Assembly: GCA_947632085.1 (NCBI GenBank)
Contig: CANRNY010000002.1
Span: 14,151 to 78,150, forward strand
Length of the DNA: 64,000 nucleotides
Direction of reading: 5' to 3'
Source: an uncultured Bacilli bacterium
GTDB lineage: Bacteria; Bacillota_I; Bacilli_A; RF39; UBA660
Position 1 is the first letter of the stretch; each line of letters begins with the position of its first letter. Below the pieces are notes generated by a model. It saw only the letters and a program-made list of their open reading frames with translations. It made no database searches and was not told the origin of the DNA. The position numbers and the translations under genes are program-made. This document shows positions 38,412 to 47,108 of this stretch, one piece after another.

Positions 38412-39002
38412 ATGAAAATTGATACTGTAGAACTAAAAAGTATTGCAGTAAGAACAAGTCAATATCCAGAAGATCAGAAAAAAGAGTTTTTATTAGTAGG
38501 TAGAAGTAATGTAGGTAAAAGTTCATTTATTAACTCAATTATCGGACGTAAGAATTTTGCACATACTAGTGCAACACCTGGTAAAACGAAAACTTTAAAT
38601 TTTTACTTAATAAATGATGAATTTTATTTAGTAGATGTGCCAGGATATGGGTATGCAGCAGTTTCACAAGATAATCAAAAGAAATTTGGTTTAATGATCG
38701 AAGAATACTTAATTAATCGTAAAAATTTAAAAAGAGTGTTCTTACTAGTTGATTTTAGACATAAACCAACAGAAGATGACTTATTAATGTATAATTTTAT
38801 GAAGTATTATAATTTAGATGTAACAATTGTCGCAACTAAGTATGATAAAGTAGGTCAAAAAGATCGTGTTAAAACGGAAAATGTTTTAAGAAGTTCATTT
38901 GAATTGAAAGGGAATGATAATATTGTATTATATTCTTCAGTTACGAAAAAAGGTCGTGAAGAAATATATTCAATTATTAATGAATGTCTTGGTACTAAAT
39001 AG
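38412..39002 (+). CDS. engB: Ribosome biogenesis GTPase EngB/YsxC
   Basis: 'GRSNVGKSSFINS', 'DVPGYGYA', 'ATKYDK'. ATG 38412 preferred over track GTG 38400. Confidence 0.9.
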   Translation: MKIDTVELKSIAVRTSQYPEDQKKEFLLVGRSNVGKSSFINSIIGRKNFAHTSATPGKTKTLNFYLINDEFYLVDVPGYGYAAVSQDNQKKFGLMIEEYLINRKNLKRVFLLVDFRHKPTEDDLLMYNFMKYYNLDVTIVATKYDKVGQKDRVKTENVLRSSFELKGNDNIVLYSSVTKKGREEIYSIINECLGTK

Positions 39003-39099
39003 TACCTTTTCTTATGAAATGAGATATTTTATAATAAAAAGAGAATTTTACATATTAAGTTAATTATGATAAAATACCACGAGAAATGAGGGGTGGCAT

Positions 39100-40425
39100 A
39101 TGAAAAAGACTGTTTGTTTAATTGGTAGACCTAATGTAGGTAAAAGTACAATCTTTAATCGTTTAATTAAAGAAAACAAAGCTATTATTTTGGATACACC
39201 TGGAGTAACTAGAGATCGTATTTATGGTGATGTTACGTATGATGAAAAAACATTTTTATTAGTTGATACAGGTGGTATAGATTTAGGCGAAGGGGACTTT
39301 AATAAAGATATTAGATTACAAGCTGAGATAGCTATAGAAGAATCTGATGTAATAGTATTTGTTGTTGATGGTCGAGAAGATTTAACAAGTAATGATTTAT
39401 TTATTCGTGATATGTTAATGAAAACTAATAAAAAAGTTATTGTAGCTTTAAATAAATTAGATAATTTTAAATTACAAGAAGAAAGAATATATTACTATTA
39501 TGAATTAGGTTTTCAATATGTAATACCAATATCTGCTTCTCATAATTTAGGTTTTGGCGAATTATTAGATGAAATAACTAAGGATTTTAAAGAAAATAGT
39601 GATGAACCAGAAAATATCTTAAAATTTTGTATTATTGGCAGACCTAATGTTGGCAAAAGTAGTTTGGTTAATGCCATATTAAATGAAGAAAGAGCTATTG
39701 TTTCTGATGTTGCAGGTACAACTAGAGATTCTGTTGATACAAGATTTAAATATAATAATGAAGATTATATCGTCATAGATACAGCAGGAATGCGTAAACA
39801 AGGAAAGATATATGAATCAGTTGAAAAATATAGTTTACTTAGAAGTTTAAAAGCAATTGATCGTGCTGATGTTTGTGTATTAGTAATAGATGCCCAAGAA
39901 GGAATTATTGAACATGATAAACATATAGCTAGTTATGCGATTGAAGCTGGTAAAGGATTAGTTTTAGTTGTTAATAAATGGGATACGATTGAAAATAAAG
40001 ATCAAGCGATAAAAGAATGGAAAGTTCTTTTAAAAAATGAATTTCAATTTATGACATATGCTAAAGTTGTTTTCTTATCAGCATTAACGAAAAAAAGATT
40101 ACATACTTTAATGCCAGAAATATTAAGTGCTTATGAAAATAATCATCGTGAAGTTAAAACATCACTTTTAAATAATGTAATAAATGATGCAACTAAATTA
40201 CATGAAGCACCTGGTTATAAAGGTCGTAAATTAAAAATTTATTTCAGTAGTCAAACAGGTATATGTCCTCCTAAATTTACTTTTAGATGTAATGATAAAG
40301 GATTAGTTCATTTTAGTTATGAAAGATATTTAGAAAACACAATTAGAAATAATTTTGATTTTACGGGAACACCAATTGTTTTACAATTTAAAAATAGAGG
40401 TAGTAAAGATGAAGATGATGAATAA
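39100..40425 (+). CDS. der: Ribosome biogenesis GTPase Der/EngA
   Basis: Two GTPase domains ('GRPNVGKSTIFN', 'GRPNVGKSSLVN', 'DTGG', 'DTAG', 'NKLD', 'NKWD') plus a C-terminal KH-like domain. Confidence 0.95.
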   Translation: MKKTVCLIGRPNVGKSTIFNRLIKENKAIILDTPGVTRDRIYGDVTYDEKTFLLVDTGGIDLGEGDFNKDIRLQAEIAIEESDVIVFVVDGREDLTSNDLFIRDMLMKTNKKVIVALNKLDNFKLQEERIYYYYELGFQYVIPISASHNLGFGELLDEITKDFKENSDEPENILKFCIIGRPNVGKSSLVNAILNEERAIVSDVAGTTRDSVDTRFKYNNEDYIVIDTAGMRKQGKIYESVEKYSLLRSLKAIDRADVCVLVIDAQEGIIEHDKHIASYAIEAGKGLVLVVNKWDTIENKDQAIKEWKVLLKNEFQFMTYAKVVFLSALTKKRLHTLMPEILSAYENNHREVKTSLLNNVINDATKLHEAPGYKGRKLKIYFSSQTGICPPKFTFRCNDKGLVHFSYERYLENTIRNNFDFTGTPIVLQFKNRGSKDEDDE

Positions 40426-40438
40426 TCATCTTTTTTTT
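40412..40438 (+). terminator. der terminator
   Basis: AAGATGA / TCATCTT short stem followed by T8. Confidence 0.55.
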
Positions 40439-40470
40439 GTTATAATAGGTATAGTATGGTAGGTGGTTAG

Positions 40471-42345
40471 ATGGCAAATACAGTATTAGGATATAAATTT
40501 GAAATGTGTAATCCTAAAATATTAACTATTCCTTATATAAAGGAACATATAGATGAACTAGATATAAAAGAGATAACTTTAGATGGTTGTACTTTAATTA
40601 ATGAAAATAAATTTATATATTCAGATTATGAACATCCGATAGTTTTAGTAGATGCGATATTATCAACTAAAACTCTTAGTATAGATTCAAAATATTATAT
40701 GGAACATAAAGAAGAAATAGATGAATTAATTGCCTTTATTTGTCAGCATATAAAAGGGGACTTTTTATCTCTGGCTGATAAACCATTAGTTAATGATAAT
40801 GTTTATGAAGCGATAGGAAGTAATCCTAATATAAAGAAATTAAGAGTTGGAAATATGAATGATCCAGTTTCATTGACATTAAATGGATATAATTCGTTAA
40901 AAAAAGGGAATATAGAAGAAGTAAGAAGTTATGGCATATGTGAAGAACTTAAGGAAAATTTTGATCCTATTATTCTATATAATAGAAGAGAATTAGCTGG
41001 TCGTTATACTTATAATGCCTTACAAAGTAGTGATTCATTTTTGTTTAGTAAATCTTTATCTGAAGATGAATTATATTATTTAAAGTTTATTAATAAAAAA
41101 GCTAGTATTTCAATTCAATCATATGATTATGCTAATTATTTTAAAATGGTTAAAAGATTAAAAGAAGTTAACTATGAAGGACCTATTAGTTTGTATGTTA
41201 ATAATAAAAATGAACTTAATAATTATATATTTACTCATTTAGAGGAATTAACTGGTTTAGATAATATTTTTATTAAATCACAAACTTATATTGGTTTAGA
41301 TTGTGATATTTTAACATATATAAAAAATGAAAAAAGACTTATTGATATGGTAATGCCGGCGATTAATTATAGTCCTTTTGAAAAATATTTATATGCTTAT
41401 AATATTGTTAAACACTTTAAGAAATATAAAGAAAGTGAAGATAAATCTAAGGCCCGAAATTTGTATCAGTTATTAGATAGTGATTATATGGTATGTGTAG
41501 GTTTTGCAAGATTACTGGGAGATTTATTAGAAAAATTAGGAATTCCTAGTATAGATTATTCAGTATCGGTTGATGTAGGATTAGATGATGTTGATTCAAA
41601 GGCTTTAGTAGTACCAGATAAAGTAGTTTCAAGAGTTAATGGTCAAGAACATGAAGTCTTACTAAAAAAAGAAAGTCACGCTCGTTTGATGGTTAATTTA
41701 GTTGATAGTAAGTATGGAATAGATGGTTATTTTATAACTGATCCAACGTGGGATAATAATATGGAACTTGATACTTATAATTATGCGTTAATGACGCAAG
41801 ATGAATATATAGGTATTTATCGTTATGATAGTTTAAATTATTTTAGTGTTGATGAGTTATTTTTTGCTCATAGCTTAGAAGAGTTTTATTTAAAAATTAA
41901 TTTCTTATTAGATAAGAATAAAAGACAAAGTGAAAAAGATATTATAAGAAATTTATTAAATAAATTTAAAAAGATAGATAGTGAATTTTATGAAGAATTA
42001 ATTAGTAAATATGAGGGATTAGATAAGTATAGTTTTACATTTACAAAAGAATTAATTCAAGATATTCTTTTAGATATGGGTGAACATATTTTATTAAAAA
42101 CAAATAAGATGGTTAGTGGTAAAACATTTAAAGAAGGTATAAGGAATTACTATGAAAAAGTAGATGGTTTAAATGGAGAAGAATTAGAACAAAAAGTTAA
42201 TGAAGTAATGAGGGAGAATGAAAGGCTACAAGCAATTAATTTCCCAACAAGATATAAAATAGAGCGTGATAATGAAAAAATGGTTATTTTAAATGAAACT
42301 AATAAATTTACTTTAGATAGTGAAGAAGAGGGCTTAAAAATGTAA
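40471..42345 (+). CDS. Cytoplasmic transglutaminase-like (papain-fold) domain protein
   Basis: Core triad pattern: 'YMVCVGFARLLGDLLEKLGIPS' (Cys342), 'ESHARLMVNL' (His403), 'YFITDPTWD' (Asp424). No TM. The N-terminal 330 aa are unassigned. Confidence 0.65.
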   Translation: MANTVLGYKFEMCNPKILTIPYIKEHIDELDIKEITLDGCTLINENKFIYSDYEHPIVLVDAILSTKTLSIDSKYYMEHKEEIDELIAFICQHIKGDFLSLADKPLVNDNVYEAIGSNPNIKKLRVGNMNDPVSLTLNGYNSLKKGNIEEVRSYGICEELKENFDPIILYNRRELAGRYTYNALQSSDSFLFSKSLSEDELYYLKFINKKASISIQSYDYANYFKMVKRLKEVNYEGPISLYVNNKNELNNYIFTHLEELTGLDNIFIKSQTYIGLDCDILTYIKNEKRLIDMVMPAINYSPFEKYLYAYNIVKHFKKYKESEDKSKARNLYQLLDSDYMVCVGFARLLGDLLEKLGIPSIDYSVSVDVGLDDVDSKALVVPDKVVSRVNGQEHEVLLKKESHARLMVNLVDSKYGIDGYFITDPTWDNNMELDTYNYALMTQDEYIGIYRYDSLNYFSVDELFFAHSLEEFYLKINFLLDKNKRQSEKDIIRNLLNKFKKIDSEFYEELISKYEGLDKYSFTFTKELIQDILLDMGEHILLKTNKMVSGKTFKEGIRNYYEKVDGLNGEELEQKVNEVMRENERLQAINFPTRYKIERDNEKMVILNETNKFTLDSEEEGLKM

Positions 42346-42356
42346 GTCCTTTTTTC

Positions 42357-42385
42357 TTGACAAAAAAATGAAATATTTATATAGT
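42357..42385 (+). promoter_or_regulatory. Candidate sigma-A promoter
   Basis: TTGACA (42357-42362), 17-nt spacer, TATAGT (42380-42385), directly upstream of the 42396 ORF. Confidence 0.45.
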
Positions 42386-42395
42386 AAATTTTACT

Positions 42396-43730
42396 ATGGG
42401 TGATGGTATGCAACTTTATGGAATGGATAGAGAACTTATTGAAATATATAATTTACGTAATATAGAATCAATTAAATTATGGGATTTAGTAAAAAATGGA
42501 ACAGGTAAATTATTAGTAATTCCAACGTTATTAGTTACTTATGATGGTGGTAAATATTTAAATATTAGTGCAAATGAAAAATATTTTAGAGTCTTTGTAC
42601 AAAAGGTTGTAGAAGTTTATCATAATGAGAAAGATAATTTATTAGAAGATGGATTAACTGATCCATTTAAATTACGTCCTAGAATAGATATAGATGAAAA
42701 AACTAAAGTAATTCTTGAAAGCGGTAGATTAGAACAGTTAAATAAAATATATAGTTTTTATGATGGTAAAGATAGTTATGATAGTAGTTTATTATTTCAA
42801 ATTGATGAGTTAAAAGCATTATTACCAATGATTAAATATCATATAAAAAGTTTTTATGGATTTACTGATCATACTATTAATTTTGATGATGGGGTTAATG
42901 GATATAGAGATAACTATAGTATAAGTGGTCAAGTTGATGGGATAGAAGTTACAATAACTTTATTGTTTAATAAAATAGATAATGATGAGTATGAAATATT
43001 TATTGGTGGACTTAATAGTAAGAATGAACCATTAAAAATGAAAATTAAATTTTATAAAGATGCCATTACAGTTGATTTGGCGATTGTAGCTTATGACTTA
43101 GTTAGTAGTCATCTTTATCATATGACTAAAGGAGCACCTAAAGTAACTTATGAAGTTAAAAAGGGTGGATTACCAGTAGTATTTGTTGATAAAGATTTAG
43201 AAAAAGTGGCAAATAACTGGGAAAATATTGCAGATATAGATTATGATAATGATTTAGTTTGGTATAAGTTACCTTGGAATGCTTTATACGGAGTAAGTAA
43301 TGAGATAAAAGAAGTTAGTGAGACTGAAAAGGTAGTAAGTACGCATAATATGTTTATTGATGTTAGTGAAGAACAATTTGTTAGAAGAGAATATTATGCT
43401 AAGACTTATATAAGAAATCGTACAGTAGCAGTTTCGGCACAAGAAATGGTAATGGATGAAGTAAGAAAAACAATTAATGGAGTATGTGTTTCAAAACATG
43501 ATGGAGTTTATGCGATTGAAACCGGTTTTGCTGATAAAGTATTGGGGAAATCTGGATTTTATGAAGAAAAATTAAAAAATCGCTATTTTTATCATTTGTG
43601 TCAAAGTAGAGAAGGAATAAAAGGAATAGTTAGAGATAACTTAAAATCAGTTTGTAAAGACGATGATATTTTACAAGCAAGTGATATGTTAAATAAAGCT
43701 AATATATTAAAGCTAGTTAAGGGTGAGTAA
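42396..43730 (+). CDS. Hypothetical protein (444 aa), no recognisable domain
   Basis: Long ORF whose stop lies 1 nt before the start of the AAA+ gene. The true start may be ATG 42408, because the predicted promoter leaves almost no leader for 42396. Confidence 0.55.
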   Translation: MGDGMQLYGMDRELIEIYNLRNIESIKLWDLVKNGTGKLLVIPTLLVTYDGGKYLNISANEKYFRVFVQKVVEVYHNEKDNLLEDGLTDPFKLRPRIDIDEKTKVILESGRLEQLNKIYSFYDGKDSYDSSLLFQIDELKALLPMIKYHIKSFYGFTDHTINFDDGVNGYRDNYSISGQVDGIEVTITLLFNKIDNDEYEIFIGGLNSKNEPLKMKIKFYKDAITVDLAIVAYDLVSSHLYHMTKGAPKVTYEVKKGGLPVVFVDKDLEKVANNWENIADIDYDNDLVWYKLPWNALYGVSNEIKEVSETEKVVSTHNMFIDVSEEQFVRREYYAKTYIRNRTVAVSAQEMVMDEVRKTINGVCVSKHDGVYAIETGFADKVLGKSGFYEEKLKNRYFYHLCQSREGIKGIVRDNLKSVCKDDDILQASDMLNKANILKLVKGE

Positions 43731-43731
43731 G

Positions 43732-46026
43732 ATGGGAATATTTAGTGAAGAAACACAGGAAGAAAAAGATTATAAAAGATTATTAAAAGTAATAAAAGGA
43801 TCAAATTTAAGTTATGAAATAATAGATAAATTAGTTAAATATGTAACTGATATTAGAGATAAAAAAAGAAATAATGATTTTTTTGATTTTGAATTTTTAG
43901 AGGGAGTTATTTTAGAAATAGCTAATTCACAATTTCAAGATAGTGATGAGTTTATAACTTTGTTTGATGAGTTATTAAAAACTATTAAGTTCTTTTTACC
44001 AGAAGGAATTGAAACACCAGATTATGAAGCAATAAAAAGAATGTATATTCATAATTTTAGTGGTAGTGAAGGTATTTTAGCGAAAGATGTTTTTGATCAA
44101 AAGTTTTTTAGTTTATTTGAATCGAGATTAGATTACTTATATATTATGAATTTAATTAGAGATGATGAAAGTTTAGTAGGTAAATATCGTAATATAGTTA
44201 ATTTTGCTTTAGAAGTGGCACCTTATTGTATTAATCAAACGGTCTTAAAAAATGAAATACTATCTTATATTAATGGTTTAAAAAATGAATTAGGCGATAT
44301 AGATACTTATAGTGATAAAAAACTTACTGAAGCTAAAAAAAGAACAGGTGTTTATCCAGTTGATGAAAAAACGTTGGCGATGATTTCAGCGGAAGCAGAG
44401 AAAGCTCAAGGATTAATTACAAAGTTAAATGTTATGCAAAAGAAAGTAGATACTTATCAAGATCGAGTTAATTCTTTAACTAAAACGGGAGTTAAAGAGA
44501 TAAAAGATTCAATAAGTTTAGGTAAGAAAGATATAAGTGATTATGCTTCGACGGCTGTATTTGATATGAAGAAAGCTATTTTAGAAGCAAAAGAGGAATT
44601 AGTTAGTAAGTTAGATGAATATTTACTAACTTTAGAAAAGTCTTTAAAAGAGAGTAGCGATGAAGTATTTAGACAGTTACTTTTAGATACAGAAGAAAAA
44701 ATTAAAGGCATAAAAGTAATGGCTCAAGGTTTATCTAGTACAACTACATCAGAATTATTACGTATTCAAAAAGCGACACAAGATAGTGTAACTAAGTTAA
44801 AGAGTTATGTTGAAACAGAACCACAATTACAAGAATTTTTAAAGAGTGCTAGTGATAATGAAAAGATAATGGAAGCTTTAAAGAAATTTAGTGAATTACA
44901 AGTGGGAGCTGCAAGTCAAGCGGTAGTAGGAGCGCCAGTAAGTGGAATAGTTATACCTGGTAATGATCGTTTAGTAGTACCTGCTAGTCCACAAGTTGTT
45001 ATTCCTAAAGAACATACTGAATCAATTATCTTACCAGCTTTTGATGAAAATATTCCATTTGATAAACGAATGGATAGAATATTAGAAGAGAAAAAACGTC
45101 GTGAAGCAAATGGCGAGTTCTTTCATGAAATGGTAGAAGAAGTTATCCGTTGTATCTTAGAAGGTGATTGGGTTTACTTATGGGGTCCATCAGGATGTGG
45201 TAAATCATTTGTTATTAAACAAGTTGCTGAATTAATAGGAATTGATTTGGTAGAAAATGGTAAAATAACGGATAAATATAGTATTATGGCTTATAACGAT
45301 CCACATGGACATTTTAGAGCAACGCAAGCTTTTGTCGCTTTAGTATATGGGAAAATGTTATCTTTAGATGAATTTGATAATGGTAATACTGATACGCAAG
45401 TTGTTTTAAATGAATTATATTCTGGTTTGTTAGATGTTTTAGGTAATCCAAATAAAAAACGTTATGTAACCTTTGCTGAAGATATGACAGTACCTATTAA
45501 TCCTAACTTTAGAATGATAAGTGCTGGTAATACGAGAGGTGGCGGAGAAAACCAAATATTCTCTTCACGTGGTAAGATAGATGAAGCTGTACAAGAACGT
45601 ATGACACCAAAAGAATTTAAGTATGATAATTTAGTTGAGCAAAAAATATTTGGACAATATAAAGACTGGTATGAAATATTTATTAAATTTAGAGAAGCTT
45701 GTGATGCTTATGCTAAGCAAAATGGTTTAGATACAGCGCCAGGAATTGGGACAACAAGAGATGCAGCAGCAATTGTTAAATATATTAATCATAATAGTAA
45801 ATCAATTGATCAAATTATGAGGGAAAAATTTACACAGACTAAAGAAAGAGATTACTTAAGTTTTTTAAGAAAGAAATTTAGAGAATTTTATGATTTAAGT
45901 GAAAATTTAGGTGATTTTGCAGTTCCAAGTAAGTTATGTGATGCTGATACAATGATTTTAGCTAAATCATTTGTTAAAGCTTGTAATGATAGTTTAGCTG
46001 GAACAGAAAAGAAAAAGGGAAGATAA
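43732..46026 (+). CDS. AAA_5 (MoxR/McrB-type) AAA+ ATPase with ~450-aa coiled-coil N-terminal region
   Basis: Walker A 'LWGPSGCGKSF', Walker B 'MLSLDEFDNG', sensor-1 'RMISAGN', 'IDEAVQERM' arginine motif. AAGGGTGAG RBS favours ATG 43732 over track GTG 43723. Confidence 0.75.
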   Translation: MGIFSEETQEEKDYKRLLKVIKGSNLSYEIIDKLVKYVTDIRDKKRNNDFFDFEFLEGVILEIANSQFQDSDEFITLFDELLKTIKFFLPEGIETPDYEAIKRMYIHNFSGSEGILAKDVFDQKFFSLFESRLDYLYIMNLIRDDESLVGKYRNIVNFALEVAPYCINQTVLKNEILSYINGLKNELGDIDTYSDKKLTEAKKRTGVYPVDEKTLAMISAEAEKAQGLITKLNVMQKKVDTYQDRVNSLTKTGVKEIKDSISLGKKDISDYASTAVFDMKKAILEAKEELVSKLDEYLLTLEKSLKESSDEVFRQLLLDTEEKIKGIKVMAQGLSSTTTSELLRIQKATQDSVTKLKSYVETEPQLQEFLKSASDNEKIMEALKKFSELQVGAASQAVVGAPVSGIVIPGNDRLVVPASPQVVIPKEHTESIILPAFDENIPFDKRMDRILEEKKRREANGEFFHEMVEEVIRCILEGDWVYLWGPSGCGKSFVIKQVAELIGIDLVENGKITDKYSIMAYNDPHGHFRATQAFVALVYGKMLSLDEFDNGNTDTQVVLNELYSGLLDVLGNPNKKRYVTFAEDMTVPINPNFRMISAGNTRGGGENQIFSSRGKIDEAVQERMTPKEFKYDNLVEQKIFGQYKDWYEIFIKFREACDAYAKQNGLDTAPGIGTTRDAAAIVKYINHNSKSIDQIMREKFTQTKERDYLSFLRKKFREFYDLSENLGDFAVPSKLCDADTMILAKSFVKACNDSLAGTEKKKGR

Positions 46027-46066
46027 GTTTGCTTATTAAAGTAGATTTAAAAAGGAGGAAACTTTA

Positions 46067-47026
46067 ATGGAAAGATATCCCCATAATTATCAAAAATATG
46101 AAGATTATATATTTCCTCCAGATGAAGTTGAAATAGATGATGAAAAATATACGATTTATAAAGCACGTTTTAATAATTTATTTGAACTTTATGATTATTT
46201 AAAAAGTAATCCTAAGACCAATAATCGGGTTTTTACAACTTTACATAGTATTTCTAAAGGTAGTGATTTTGCTGGTAAACCTTATAAAGAAGCAGTAGAA
46301 GATTTAGTTAGTGAAGTTGATCCTGGTTATGAAGAGTTTTTATCTTTACAAAGAGATTTAGATAATGCGGGATTAAAAGAAGTTCATAAATATAAATTAG
46401 TAAGAACAGTTGCAGGGGGACATTTAAATATTCCGGCTTATAGTGCGGGGAATCCTTTATGCTATGAAACGGAAGAAAAGGTAAGAAGTCCAAAGTTTGT
46501 TAGAATTCATGTTACTTTATCATATTATTGGGGGACAACTAAAAAACAAGTTTTAAATCGAGCCATAATAATTACTAATGTGTTAAAAGCGTTAGAGAAA
46601 GCAGGTTATAATGTTTTATTAAATACTTTTGAATTAAGTATGGAATATGATGAAATTGTTTATATTGTTGTTCAAATAAAGAAACATGGTGAAAGAATGA
46701 ATATGGCGGCATTATATAAAACTTTATGTCGGGTTGAGTTTTTAAGAAGAATTCTATTTAGAATACTCGAAACTTTAGATGTTAAAAGAGCTTGGGAAGA
46801 TGGATATGGTTCGACTTGTAGTGCAAACTTTACAAAAAAGGTTTTACACTTTGGATCAAACGACATCTTCTTTGATCAACCACGAGAGATGGGTATTTAT
46901 GGTGATGATTTAGCCGATGACTTTGAAGCAGCGATTAAACATTTAAATTTAGAAGATAAAATAGATGTTGAAAAAGCAAAAAAAGAGTTTAAAAAAGATG
47001 TTCAAAGTTTGAAATTAAAGAGATGA
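46067..47026 (+). CDS. Hypothetical protein (319 aa) partnered with the AAA+ ATPase
   Basis: AAAGGAGGAAAC RBS. No motif recognised with confidence. The strand-helix pattern 'FVRIHVTLSYYWGTTKKQVLNRAIIITNVLKALEKAGYNV' is vWA-like but lacks a DxSxS MIDAS motif. Confidence 0.5.
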   Translation: MERYPHNYQKYEDYIFPPDEVEIDDEKYTIYKARFNNLFELYDYLKSNPKTNNRVFTTLHSISKGSDFAGKPYKEAVEDLVSEVDPGYEEFLSLQRDLDNAGLKEVHKYKLVRTVAGGHLNIPAYSAGNPLCYETEEKVRSPKFVRIHVTLSYYWGTTKKQVLNRAIIITNVLKALEKAGYNVLLNTFELSMEYDEIVYIVVQIKKHGERMNMAALYKTLCRVEFLRRILFRILETLDVKRAWEDGYGSTCSANFTKKVLHFGSNDIFFDQPREMGIYGDDLADDFEAAIKHLNLEDKIDVEKAKKEFKKDVQSLKLKR

Positions 47027-47043
47027 TTTTTTTCATCTTTTTC
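47021..47043 (+). terminator. Rho-independent terminator
   Basis: AGATGA / TCATCT stem with a T-rich loop and trailing T-run. Confidence 0.5.
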
Positions 47044-47108
47044 TATGGAATGAATATTGTATTATATGGGATAGAGTGTTATACTTTAGGAAGATAAAGA
47101 GGTGTGAT

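Noticed and set aside
42150-42413. 87-aa minus-strand ORF at the end of the transglutaminase-like gene
   Set aside because: It is antisense to coding sequence and to the predicted promoter of the next gene, with no RBS.
46308-46866. Two short minus-strand ORFs (46308-46493, 46672-46866) inside the 319-aa gene
   Set aside because: Both are antisense to a gene with a strong RBS. Their composition is typical of noise.
43732-47026. Reading the AAA_5 ATPase plus 319-aa gene as a McrBC restriction pair
   Set aside because: I could not find a convincing PD-(D/E)xK nuclease motif in the 319-aa protein (only a weak 'D...QIK'). I also found no McrB-type DNA-binding N-domain or GTP-specific motif in the ATPase. 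It is kept only as an alternative to test.
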